In this document: one piece after another, positions 20,812 to 29,360 of the stretch
Position numbering within the stretch: the first letter of the stretch is position 1
Layout of the letters: every line of letters begins with the position of its first letter
DNA from: an uncultured delta proteobacterium
GTDB lineage: Bacteria > Desulfobacterota > Desulfomonilia > Desulfomonilales > Desulfomonilaceae
Length of the DNA: 64,000 bases
Direction of reading: 5' to 3'
Assembly: GCA_963789265.1 (NCBI GenBank)
Contig: CAWBKB010000001.1
Span: 32,001 to 96,000 of the forward strand
Notes under the pieces: model-generated
What the model was told of the DNA's origin: nothing
What the model saw: the letters and a program-made list of their open reading frames with translations, nothing else
Databases searched by the model: none
Program-made: the position numbers and the translations under genes

Positions 20812-22596
20812 ATGACCCAGTCAGAAAAGTTCAGGCTAAAGAGTGATGCTGCGGATTTCTCAATCCTTACCTCGGCGATGTTCACCGTTGCCCGAGAAAT
20901 GGGCAAGAACATGGAACGCACGGCCCGAGCCCCTATCTATTTCGCCGCTCACGATTTTGTTACCACCATAATCACCCGGGATGCAGAGCTTCTCGCGCTT
21001 GCGGAATACATCCCTGTACTGATCGGGACTACACCTTTCGCAGTGAAGGCGGTCAAGGAGTATTTCGGCGAAGAGATTTACCAAGGGGACGTTTTTCTGT
21101 GCAATGATCCCTACACCCTTGATGGGGGGGGCCAATTGGCCGATTGGTGCATAGTGTATCCCGTATTTTGGAACAATAACCAGATACTCTGGATTGCGAA
21201 CAAAGCTCATCAACAAGATACCGGCGGTGGGGCGCCTGGCGGTTACAATCCGGCAGCCATCGATGTCTATGCTGAAGGCCTTCGGATTCCTCCGATAAAG
21301 ATTTTTGAAAAAGGAAAAGAGAGGAAGGACGTCTTCAATCTCATCATGACCAATGTCCGAATTCCTGAAACCCAGAGAGGTGATCTTTTATCCATGATCG
21401 GCTCTGCGAGAATAGGGGAAAGACGCATTGGGGCACTGTATGATACGTACGGTGAGAAGAAGATTGAGACGTTCATGGTTGATCTTCAGAACTACGGGGA
21501 ATTTATGATGAGAGAGGAGATCAGCAAAATCCCGGATGGCACTTATCGTAGCGAAATTAGTGGCAATGATGGGGCGTCTGCTGTGGTCTGCGACATGACC
21601 GTCCGTGGAAGCGACATCTCAGTGGACTTCAGTGAAAGTGGACCGATGTCCAGGCAATACATCAATAGTCCGCTCGCGAACACGGTGAGCTGTGTATACA
21701 TGGCGCTCATGACTTCTATCGGGAAGCGGATTCAATACCGTTGCGGCGGCTGTTACCGTCCCATAAAAATCGTCACCAAGCCGGGAACCATCACTCACGC
21801 AGTCTATCCGGTCACTCAGGGCAACTGTACCAACTTCATAGCCAAGCAAATCATTGAAGCATTTTGGAGTGCGGTCAGCCAGGCTGTGCCAACAGAGGCT
21901 CCTGCCGGGTGGGGGTCCATCAATTACTGGGTGTTTGCGGGCCTGGATCCGAGGCGTATGGAAGGATACGGGAGCCCGGATTTTCAGGGTTGCGCGAGCG
22001 GTGCGGGCGCAATCTGGGGCGTGGACGGATGGCCTACCAACGGCCCACAAATCTGCAGTGGAACCCTCTACTATCCAGAAATAGAAGTGGTTGAAGGTCT
22101 TTATCCGATAATCTGGGAAAAATGGCAATGGGCCACGGACTCCGGAGGGGCGGGCAAATGGCGCGGCGGATGTGGAGTAGACAACGTCTGGGTTTGTGAT
22201 TCGGATCCCGAACCCATGCATCTGGCTTATGCGGCGGACCCTTGTGACTACATCCCGGCCCCGGCGATCGCTGGAGGAAAACTTCCTGTTGCCAACTCTA
22301 AGAGTCTCGTTCTTGCCGGCGGAAAGGTGGAAACACCCGAAGAGGTCCGGATGAAAATGATTTACATGCTGCACACTGGCGACAAAGCGATCGATCTGGT
22401 TCAAGGAGGAGCCGGTGTCGGCGACCCTCTGGAGCGGGATGTTGAAGCAGTGAGAGAGGATGTCCGAGACCAGTTGGTTTCCCTGCAAAGCGCCAAAGAA
22501 GAATACGGCGTGATTATTGATCCGGCAACATGGGAGATCGACCCGGCGGCTACCGAAAAGCTGAGGAAAGAACTCATCGCTTTGCAGCAATCATGA
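20812..22596 (+). CDS. Hydantoinase B/oxoprolinase family subunit
   Basis: NDPY, HQQDTGG, EGLRIPP, DSGGAGKWRGG, GGAGVGDPLERD. Confidence 0.92.
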   Translation: MTQSEKFRLKSDAADFSILTSAMFTVAREMGKNMERTARAPIYFAAHDFVTTIITRDAELLALAEYIPVLIGTTPFAVKAVKEYFGEEIYQGDVFLCNDPYTLDGGGQLADWCIVYPVFWNNNQILWIANKAHQQDTGGGAPGGYNPAAIDVYAEGLRIPPIKIFEKGKERKDVFNLIMTNVRIPETQRGDLLSMIGSARIGERRIGALYDTYGEKKIETFMVDLQNYGEFMMREEISKIPDGTYRSEISGNDGASAVVCDMTVRGSDISVDFSESGPMSRQYINSPLANTVSCVYMALMTSIGKRIQYRCGGCYRPIKIVTKPGTITHAVYPVTQGNCTNFIAKQIIEAFWSAVSQAVPTEAPAGWGSINYWVFAGLDPRRMEGYGSPDFQGCASGAGAIWGVDGWPTNGPQICSGTLYYPEIEVVEGLYPIIWEKWQWATDSGGAGKWRGGCGVDNVWVCDSDPEPMHLAYAADPCDYIPAPAIAGGKLPVANSKSLVLAGGKVETPEEVRMKMIYMLHTGDKAIDLVQGGAGVGDPLERDVEAVREDVRDQLVSLQSAKEEYGVIIDPATWEIDPAATEKLRKELIALQQS

Positions 22597-22736
22597 CCCT
22601 GACTCGAGCCGAGATTGGCCATGGCCTGCCTCCGGCCATGGCCGCATGGTTGGCGGACTTACGAGGCCACATGGTTGCAATTGGCCAAAGCACCTCTTGG
22701 CGCAGCGAAGGTGCCAACAACTGACAGGGGAGCATC

Positions 22737-24341
22737 ATGGTAGTTGGTGATGAATTGCGCAGGAGCTTTGAGAATCACCCCGACAAGCTTGCCATAAAGG
22801 ATATGTATGGTAAGCACTTTCCTGAGGGTTTCAATTTCACTTATCGGGAACTTTTTGAATCGGTCAATCGCCTCGCCAATGGCTTTCTTGCTATAGGCCT
22901 ATCAAAGGGGGACAGACTTGCTGTTCAGACTGGAACTGGAATTGGTCACATAGTTACTTTGCTTGCTGCCGCCAAGTTGGGACTAGCCTTCACACCCATC
23001 GACCGGTCCAACATGGCTGATGAAATCACGTATCTTGTCCAAGATAGTGGTGCCAGAGCGCTTGTGGTTGATGCCGACATATACTCAGCAAAAATTGCTC
23101 CCATCAAACAGAGACTGAATTCAGTTCAATTTTATGTTGGCATAGGGGAAGACCATCCATGTCAATTCGACTTTGACACACTTTTGAAAGAAGCGCCTGC
23201 CGATGAGCCGCAAGTGGAAGTCAACGAGGACGACATAGTAACCCTTATTTATACCAGCGGGACGACAGGAAAACCCAAGGGCGTACCCCTGACTCACCGG
23301 AACTGGACATTAAGTGCCTACATGTGGGCAGCCGAACTGGGAGTCCACCCCTATACCAAATGGCTTCTTGTAATGCCGCTGCACACCTCCGGTGGCACTG
23401 GTCTGAGCCTAGCCTCTGCCATCCGAGGGTGTTCCCTTATAGTAACCAATCCAGATCCCAAGAAGATTCTGCATTTGATCGAGAAAGAAGGAATCACATT
23501 TACACAGTTTAGCCCCACCCTGCTTGCCAATGTGATAAGGCATCCCGATGCCAAGAACTGTGATTTCTCAAGCATAGAACACTGGTTCACCTCAGCCGCG
23601 CCCATCTCAGCCGAACTGTTGAAGGAAGGGGCCCAATGCTTCGGAGAAAAGTTCACTCAGCTTTTTGGTACCACCGAAACAGCTCTGTTGGGTACGGTTC
23701 TGCGTCCAGAGGACGTGTCGGTTGAGGGTACGCTCTCCAAGAGGCTTACTTCCATCGGGAAGGCCTGTTTGGGCTACAAGACTAAAGTTATAGACATTGA
23801 TGGCAACGAGGTTGTAGCGGGCGGTTCGGGGGAATTGCTCATTAAAGGCGTGGGAGTGGCGAATTCGTACTGGAAAAAACCCGAGGCGGACGATTTCAAA
23901 GATGGATGGTGGCATTCCGGGGATATTGTAAGGATCGATGAGGACGGATTCTACTACGTAATTGACCGAATGAAAGACATGATCCTCACTGGCGGTATGA
24001 ACGTATATCCTAGGGAAATTGAGGAGGTCATAGCAGACCATCCTGCTGTCCACCTTGTCAGTGTAGTCGGGGTTCCGGATGACAAGTGGGGCGAAAGCGT
24101 GAAGGCTGTCGTCGTCCTTAAAGAAGGAGCCGAAATAACCGAAGAAGAGATCATTGAACATTGCAAGGCACGACTGGCTTCCTACAAGAAACCCAAGTCC
24201 GTAGATTTTATAAATATTGCCGAAATGCCAATGTTGGGCGGAGGATACAAGATAAAAAAAAGAGAGCTGAGAGAAAGGTACCGCAAAGAGTATGAGAAGG
24301 CCAAGGGAGCAAACATCGAAAGCTGGGGAGCAGCCTCGTGA
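22737..24341 (+). CDS. Acyl-CoA synthetase (AMP-forming)
   Basis: YTSGTTGKPKG, FGTTE, SGD, DRMKDMILTGG. Confidence 0.93.
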   Translation: MVVGDELRRSFENHPDKLAIKDMYGKHFPEGFNFTYRELFESVNRLANGFLAIGLSKGDRLAVQTGTGIGHIVTLLAAAKLGLAFTPIDRSNMADEITYLVQDSGARALVVDADIYSAKIAPIKQRLNSVQFYVGIGEDHPCQFDFDTLLKEAPADEPQVEVNEDDIVTLIYTSGTTGKPKGVPLTHRNWTLSAYMWAAELGVHPYTKWLLVMPLHTSGGTGLSLASAIRGCSLIVTNPDPKKILHLIEKEGITFTQFSPTLLANVIRHPDAKNCDFSSIEHWFTSAAPISAELLKEGAQCFGEKFTQLFGTTETALLGTVLRPEDVSVEGTLSKRLTSIGKACLGYKTKVIDIDGNEVVAGGSGELLIKGVGVANSYWKKPEADDFKDGWWHSGDIVRIDEDGFYYVIDRMKDMILTGGMNVYPREIEEVIADHPAVHLVSVVGVPDDKWGESVKAVVVLKEGAEITEEEIIEHCKARLASYKKPKSVDFINIAEMPMLGGGYKIKKRELRERYRKEYEKAKGANIESWGAAS

Positions 24342-24426
24342 AGTGGGGCCGCGTGACGAGCCTGTGACTATGGTATACGCAGACTCTCGGACACGATCCG
24401 TGGCTCTCACAGACTAGGAGCCTGCA

Positions 24427-25572
24427 ATGAATTTTGAATTTACCGAAGAGCAACGAGAATTCCGAAGGAACATAGCACGCTACGTGGATGAAAAAGTCAT
24501 ACCTGTTGCGGAGTCTCTCGATGACACTGAGGAATTTCCGCGTGATATCGTCAAGCAGTTGGGGCAACTGGGATACCTTGGGATCAAATATCCTGAAGAG
24601 TATGGCGGCAGCGGCTTGAAAGACTCTAATGTATTTCATTGCATCTTCTGTGAGGAGTTAGCCCGCGGATCCTTGGGTGTTGCTTCGGTCCTTGGCATGC
24701 ATACATCCACCGCAACCCATACAGTCTTCACATGGGGAACTGAGGAACTGAAACAAAAGTACCTGGTACCCGCCCTGTCAGGAGACAAAATTGCTGCGTT
24801 TGGGCTCACTGAACCCGGTGCCGGTTCTGATGCGGCGGCAATCAGGACAAGGGCTGTGAAAACCTCCAACGGCTATGTGCTAAATGGGAGCAAGATTTTT
24901 ATCAGTAATGGGACCGTAGCCGATTTTGTTACCATTGCAGCAAAGACCGCACCTGAAAAAGGCGTACACGGGATCTCTCTTTTTCTGGTGGACACCAAAA
25001 CCTCGGGGTTTTCAGTTGGCCGCCGTCTGGAGAAATTCAGCAACAAGTGTTCGGATACTGCTGAACTTGTCCTGGAAGACGTTGAGCTTCCACATGATTG
25101 TCTTCTGGGCGAAGAAAACAAGGGTTTTACCAATATCTATGTCTCCTTGGCTATTGATCGGATTATGACGGCCGCTCTCGCGTTGGGCCTGTCCAGGGCG
25201 GCATACCAGGCGGCTTACAATTACTCCAAGGAGAGGGAGCAGTTCGGCCAGCCTATTTCCAAGTTTCAGGCAATTCAATTCCGTCTCGTGGACATGTTGG
25301 TGCGACTGAAATCTGCTGAACTGCACACCTACTATGCTGCTAGCGTGGCGGATCGGCACGACAATCCCACGGAGGCAGCGGCTATGGCCAAACTAGTGGC
25401 CACGGAAGCTGCAAACTACATTTGCAGAATGGCAGTGTCCGTCTTCGGGGGTTATGGGTTGATGAGTGAATTCCCTGTTCAACGCTATCTCAGAGATTCT
25501 TTCTTCCCTCTCGTCGCAGGGGGCACGAACGACATCATGAAGCTGATCGTGGCCAAGCAAATCGGGCTGTGA
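24427..25572 (+). CDS. Acyl-CoA dehydrogenase
   Basis: GLTEPGAGSD, NGSKIFISNG, REQFGQPI, FGGYG. Confidence 0.93.
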   Translation: MNFEFTEEQREFRRNIARYVDEKVIPVAESLDDTEEFPRDIVKQLGQLGYLGIKYPEEYGGSGLKDSNVFHCIFCEELARGSLGVASVLGMHTSTATHTVFTWGTEELKQKYLVPALSGDKIAAFGLTEPGAGSDAAAIRTRAVKTSNGYVLNGSKIFISNGTVADFVTIAAKTAPEKGVHGISLFLVDTKTSGFSVGRRLEKFSNKCSDTAELVLEDVELPHDCLLGEENKGFTNIYVSLAIDRIMTAALALGLSRAAYQAAYNYSKEREQFGQPISKFQAIQFRLVDMLVRLKSAELHTYYAASVADRHDNPTEAAAMAKLVATEAANYICRMAVSVFGGYGLMSEFPVQRYLRDSFFPLVAGGTNDIMKLIVAKQIGL

Positions 25573-25897
25573 AAGACGCCCGGGGAGGAAGGCGCAGGGG
25601 CACGAAGTTTCTTGACCCACAGCTCATCGCGTGGCCGTATCCGATGAAACTTGTGGGCCGTGCCACTTAACAGCGCTAGCTCTGCGCGGTCTCCTTTGAG
25701 AACGGTGACACCTGGACTCACGTTTAAGACCCAGGGCGACGTGCCACGCGGGTGGCCGCCGCATAGCATTATCCAGAGACCGTTTTCGACCAATCGTATG
25801 ATACCAGCCCACAACGCAAGAATATTGGAAAGCCGGTTTCCGACCCAGTTCTCGACGGTTTTGAATCCGCAGCGTTTAGAGAAGTAGTTTATGAGAC

Positions 25898-25969
25898 CGC
25901 ATAAATAGATCTCGCATAAATAGATCTCAGGAATAGGGAGTGATGTGTCAACAACACTGTCAACAACAC
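25898..25969. repeat. Two adjacent perfect tandem duplications (15 bp x2 and 12 bp x2)
   Basis: CGCATAAATAGATCT at 25898 and 25913; TGTCAACAACAC at 25946 and 25958. Confidence 0.9.
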
Positions 25970-25986
25970 AAGAAGGAGGTCGGAAA

Positions 25987-27393
25987 ATGGATGCGAAAGT
26001 CAGATTGGCGGAGGTCGCGGATTCTCTGACGGAAATTGGCTCAAGTGAAGAAAAGATGGAGGATTATGCTCTCAGAAGCGTTCCCGACCACTTCAGGAAC
26101 ACCAAGGCAGCCAACATGGCAATGTTCGGCATCCCCATGTGCATGTACTATCTTGCAGTGGGGAGCCTCAGCGTCGCCCTTGCCGGCTTTTGGATGGGCC
26201 TGCTCGCGTCGCTCTTAGCCTACATGGTGTTTTGTCTTTTCTCAATGAGCTTCGGCTACGTCTCTTGGAAAGGAGGGTACTCTTTCGACATGATTGCGCG
26301 GTTCAGTTGGGGAAAGACAGGCTCCTTCTTGCCATCCCTTTTGGGGACCTATCTTCTCATGTCCTTTTGGGCCATGGAAACCTACTGGCTGGCGACAGCA
26401 CTCAAAACAGTCTGGCCGGATCTGAGCCTGTGGTTCTACTTCCTCCTTCTGCTTCCCCTCTTCATAGTGGTTCCGCTGTACGGGCATCGGGCCATGGCCA
26501 ATTTCAACTATATCGCGGTACCTGTCGGGGTGGCCGCCACCGCCTATGTACTCATCTACTTCTATGGAATGAAAGACTTCACTGTCTCCGGGATCATGGC
26601 AATGACCCAAAAGCCCTTGATCCCCGGGGGCTTCGGGGCAGCCCTAGATTGGTCCCTTGCGGCCGTTGGGCTTTGGGGACTCACGGCGGGTGATTTCGGT
26701 CGGTTCATTCAAAAGGAGCATAAGCAGTGGGCCCTTGGGTTCGGACCGTTTCAGGGTGCATTTTGCCACATTGTGTTCCCGGTTCTAGGTATATTCATAG
26801 TCTTTCCCATGATCCAGATCCTTACTCCCCAAATCGGGGCCGAGAAGGCCGGGATGGCTGCCCTCAGCGCTTCCGTACCGTTCGTCATGGCAATGGGCCT
26901 GGTGGGAGCCCTGATGGTCATCACCTACCAGTTGCATATTCAGTTCATCAATGCCTATTTGCCTTCTGTGAATCTAGCCAACTTCTTCTCCGTAGTCTTC
27001 GGTGTGGAACCTGGGAGGAAATGGTGGGTGGTGATTGTCAATCTGGCCGGCCTTGGTCTTCTTGCGATGGGCATTATTGGATGGATCACCCAATGGGCCT
27101 GGGTCGCTGGTCTCACTTTGGGTACTGCTTGCGTGATATCGATTTCAGACATGGCATATCGCGCGTACAGAGGCATGGCAACAGAGTACGAGGAACTGCC
27201 GAGAAATATGCGGAAAGTGAATCCAATCGCCTTTATCGTCTTCTTCATCAGCGTTGGCGTAGGTATTCTGGATAAGCTTTGGTGGAAGTTTCTTCCGTCT
27301 CCATCGTTGATGGCGTACCCGATAGCGTTTGTCCTTTACTGGATCATTTCTGCCGCAGGCAGTGGCAGATTTCAGCAGGACGTCGCCCAGTAG
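25987..27393 (+). CDS. NCS1-family (cytosine/purine/hydantoin) permease
   Basis: EDYALRSVP N-terminal motif, DFGRF, INAY, about 12 hydrophobic segments; GGAGG RBS. Confidence 0.8.
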   Translation: MDAKVRLAEVADSLTEIGSSEEKMEDYALRSVPDHFRNTKAANMAMFGIPMCMYYLAVGSLSVALAGFWMGLLASLLAYMVFCLFSMSFGYVSWKGGYSFDMIARFSWGKTGSFLPSLLGTYLLMSFWAMETYWLATALKTVWPDLSLWFYFLLLLPLFIVVPLYGHRAMANFNYIAVPVGVAATAYVLIYFYGMKDFTVSGIMAMTQKPLIPGGFGAALDWSLAAVGLWGLTAGDFGRFIQKEHKQWALGFGPFQGAFCHIVFPVLGIFIVFPMIQILTPQIGAEKAGMAALSASVPFVMAMGLVGALMVITYQLHIQFINAYLPSVNLANFFSVVFGVEPGRKWWVVIVNLAGLGLLAMGIIGWITQWAWVAGLTLGTACVISISDMAYRAYRGMATEYEELPRNMRKVNPIAFIVFFISVGVGILDKLWWKFLPSPSLMAYPIAFVLYWIISAAGSGRFQQDVAQ

Positions 27394-27553
27394 GAGGACA
27401 TTCGTAAGCATTCACTTACGTGCGGTGAAAAATTGTCATTGCGAGTCAAATGACACGGGACAGAAAGTTGGCCACGTAAGTGAATGATTACAGCTAACCT
27501 GATTATATACTTGACGAGCTGTGAAGTTTAAAATCCGATTCGGAGAGTCACAC

Positions 27554-28576
27554 ATGCGTTTGCCTTCTTTCGCCTACCATGCGCCGCACAGCCTGGATCA
27601 AGCATTGAAAATCAAGGGGGAACTTGGCACGCAGGCCGCGTTTCTTGCCGGCGGTACCGATCTTATAGTGAATCTTAAACATCGGCTTTCTTCCCCCTCA
27701 GCCCTCGTCAGTTTACGGAATATCAAAGAGATCAAAGGGATCGAAGTCAAACCCGATGCCGTGATCGTAAAGGCGGCAACCTCCCTGATAGAGATAAAAA
27801 GCAATGAGGCTGTTCGCACTCACTTCCCTATCCTCGTGAAGGCCGTAGAATCCATAGGTGCGCTGGGGATCCAGGGTTTTCGAGGCACGATAGGGGGAAA
27901 TCTTTGTCTGCAACCTCGCTGTATCCTCTATAACCAGTCGCTCTTCTGGCGGACCGGCAAAACAAAATGCCACCGAACAGGAGGCAAAGAGTGTCTTGCC
28001 CTTCAGGGCTCCGAATCGTGCAACTCCATCTGCTCGGGCGACACTGTCCCGGTGCTGGCGGCCTTGTCCGCGCAACTTTCTATCGCAGGGAGCGGCGGCC
28101 AAAGGACGGACCCGGTGGCGGATTTCTTCACGAACAAGGGAGAAAGTCCTTTTAATCTTGCTCCGGATGAGATTGTAACCGCGATACGAATACCCATCCC
28201 GTGGGCGCCGATGTCCTGGTCCTATCAGCGTCTTAGTCTCAGGTCCGCAGTTGATTTTCCTCTCGTCAACGCGGCCGCAGCGGCGATAATTGACAAGGGA
28301 AGAGTTGAAAGCTTCCGGCTAGTACTTTCCGCTCTAGGCCCGGGACCTCTGGTACTCAAAGAAGCTGAAGCCATTGTGAGAGGGAGAAAACCGGATAACG
28401 CAATGGTCCATGAAGCAGGCGAGATCGCTCGGCGAACCGCAGAAGGCGTGGTTGTTGAGAATGCTGTAACTTCCAAAGCCTACAGAGTCAAGATGGCCGC
28501 GGTTATGGCTAGGCGGGCCGTAGAAGAGGCGCTAGCTCTTGGTTCATCTCAGTCCGCGGTAATTGAGGGTCAATAA
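27554..28576 (+). CDS. Xanthine-dehydrogenase-family FAD subunit with HcrB-type Cys-rich [4Fe-4S] insert
   Basis: AGGTDL, TIGGNLCLQPRCILYNQS..WR...C...C...C, RSAVDFP. Confidence 0.88.
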   Translation: MRLPSFAYHAPHSLDQALKIKGELGTQAAFLAGGTDLIVNLKHRLSSPSALVSLRNIKEIKGIEVKPDAVIVKAATSLIEIKSNEAVRTHFPILVKAVESIGALGIQGFRGTIGGNLCLQPRCILYNQSLFWRTGKTKCHRTGGKECLALQGSESCNSICSGDTVPVLAALSAQLSIAGSGGQRTDPVADFFTNKGESPFNLAPDEIVTAIRIPIPWAPMSWSYQRLSLRSAVDFPLVNAAAAAIIDKGRVESFRLVLSALGPGPLVLKEAEAIVRGRKPDNAMVHEAGEIARRTAEGVVVENAVTSKAYRVKMAAVMARRAVEEALALGSSQSAVIEGQ

Positions 28577-29067
28577 TGAAGAAACAGCTCGTTACTATGA
28601 CCGTCAACGGCAATGAAATCGAGATTGCCGTGACCCCCAACAGCACGCTGCTGGAAGTTCTTCGCGACGAGCTTGGCTTCACGGGCGTCAAGGAAGGTTG
28701 TTCCGAAGGCGTGTGCGGAGCGTGTACCGTTCTCCTGGACGGAGCGCCGGTAAGGTCGTGCCTCACACTGGCCCTTGAAGCCGAAGGCACGTCCATCACC
28801 ACTATTGAGGGACTCGCTTCTGATGGGAGGCTCCACCCTGTTCAGCAGGCATTCATAGATCACGGGGCTGTCCAGTGCGGATTCTGCACTCCGGGTATGA
28901 TACTCTCGTCCAAAGCGTTGCTGGATAGGAGCCCTCATCCCACGGATGAAGAGATCAAGACTGCTCTGGCCGGCAATTTTTGCCGATGCACGGGGTACAA
29001 AAAGACTCTTGAGGCAGTTCGGTCCGTGGCGAGACAAAATACCACAGAGACGGGCGAGAAAGGTTAA
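28576..29067 (+). CDS. Xanthine-dehydrogenase-family 2x[2Fe-2S] subunit (HcrC/CoxS-like)
   Basis: GCSEGVCGACTV, QCGFCTPG, GNFCRCTGY. Confidence 0.95.
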   Translation: MKKQLVTMTVNGNEIEIAVTPNSTLLEVLRDELGFTGVKEGCSEGVCGACTVLLDGAPVRSCLTLALEAEGTSITTIEGLASDGRLHPVQQAFIDHGAVQCGFCTPGMILSSKALLDRSPHPTDEEIKTALAGNFCRCTGYKKTLEAVRSVARQNTTETGEKG

Positions 29068-29077
29068 CCAACACAGC

Positions 29078-29266
29078 GTCAGTAGGACCGGCATCTTGCC
29101 GGTCAAGAGGTTTAAAACAATTGACCGGCAAGATGCCGGTCCTTCTGACACTATGGGGCGCCCTTGGGCATATTGCCCGTCGTCATGCCCGCGAACGCGG
29201 GCATTCAGACTGGACCCCGGATCGAAGTCCGGGGTGACGAATGACCGGCAAGATGCCGGTCCTACT
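29078..29266. repeat. Composite REP-like palindrome cluster (three GTAG-type units plus one CGTC-type unit)
   Basis: GTAGGACCGGCATCTTGCCGGTC at 29082, inverted copies at 29121-29149 and 29242-29266; CGTCATGCCCGCGAACGCGGGCAT...GGGGTGACG at 29181-29239. Confidence 0.85.
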
Positions 29267-29360
29267 GTGGCAATGGAGCCACGTCGATCACCAGGAAAAT
29301 GCCGCCGAGTTTGAAAAGTGAATTACTTGGTCCCATCTGAACCAGTCGGAGGCGAAGACA

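Noticed and set aside
22617..22690. Repeated GGCCATGGCC words in an intergenic gap
   Set aside because: Short, GC-rich and irregular; no second locus or functional context
25573..25897. Riboswitch upstream of the NCS1 permease
   Set aside because: No purine, TPP or other aptamer consensus recognisable by eye; an Rfam scan would be needed
29078..29266. CRISPR array
   Set aside because: Repeats are inverted relative to each other, irregularly spaced and few; no cas genes in the window
28946..29314. 122-aa ORF with repeated DRQDAGP
   Set aside because: It is only the translation of the REP-like palindromes
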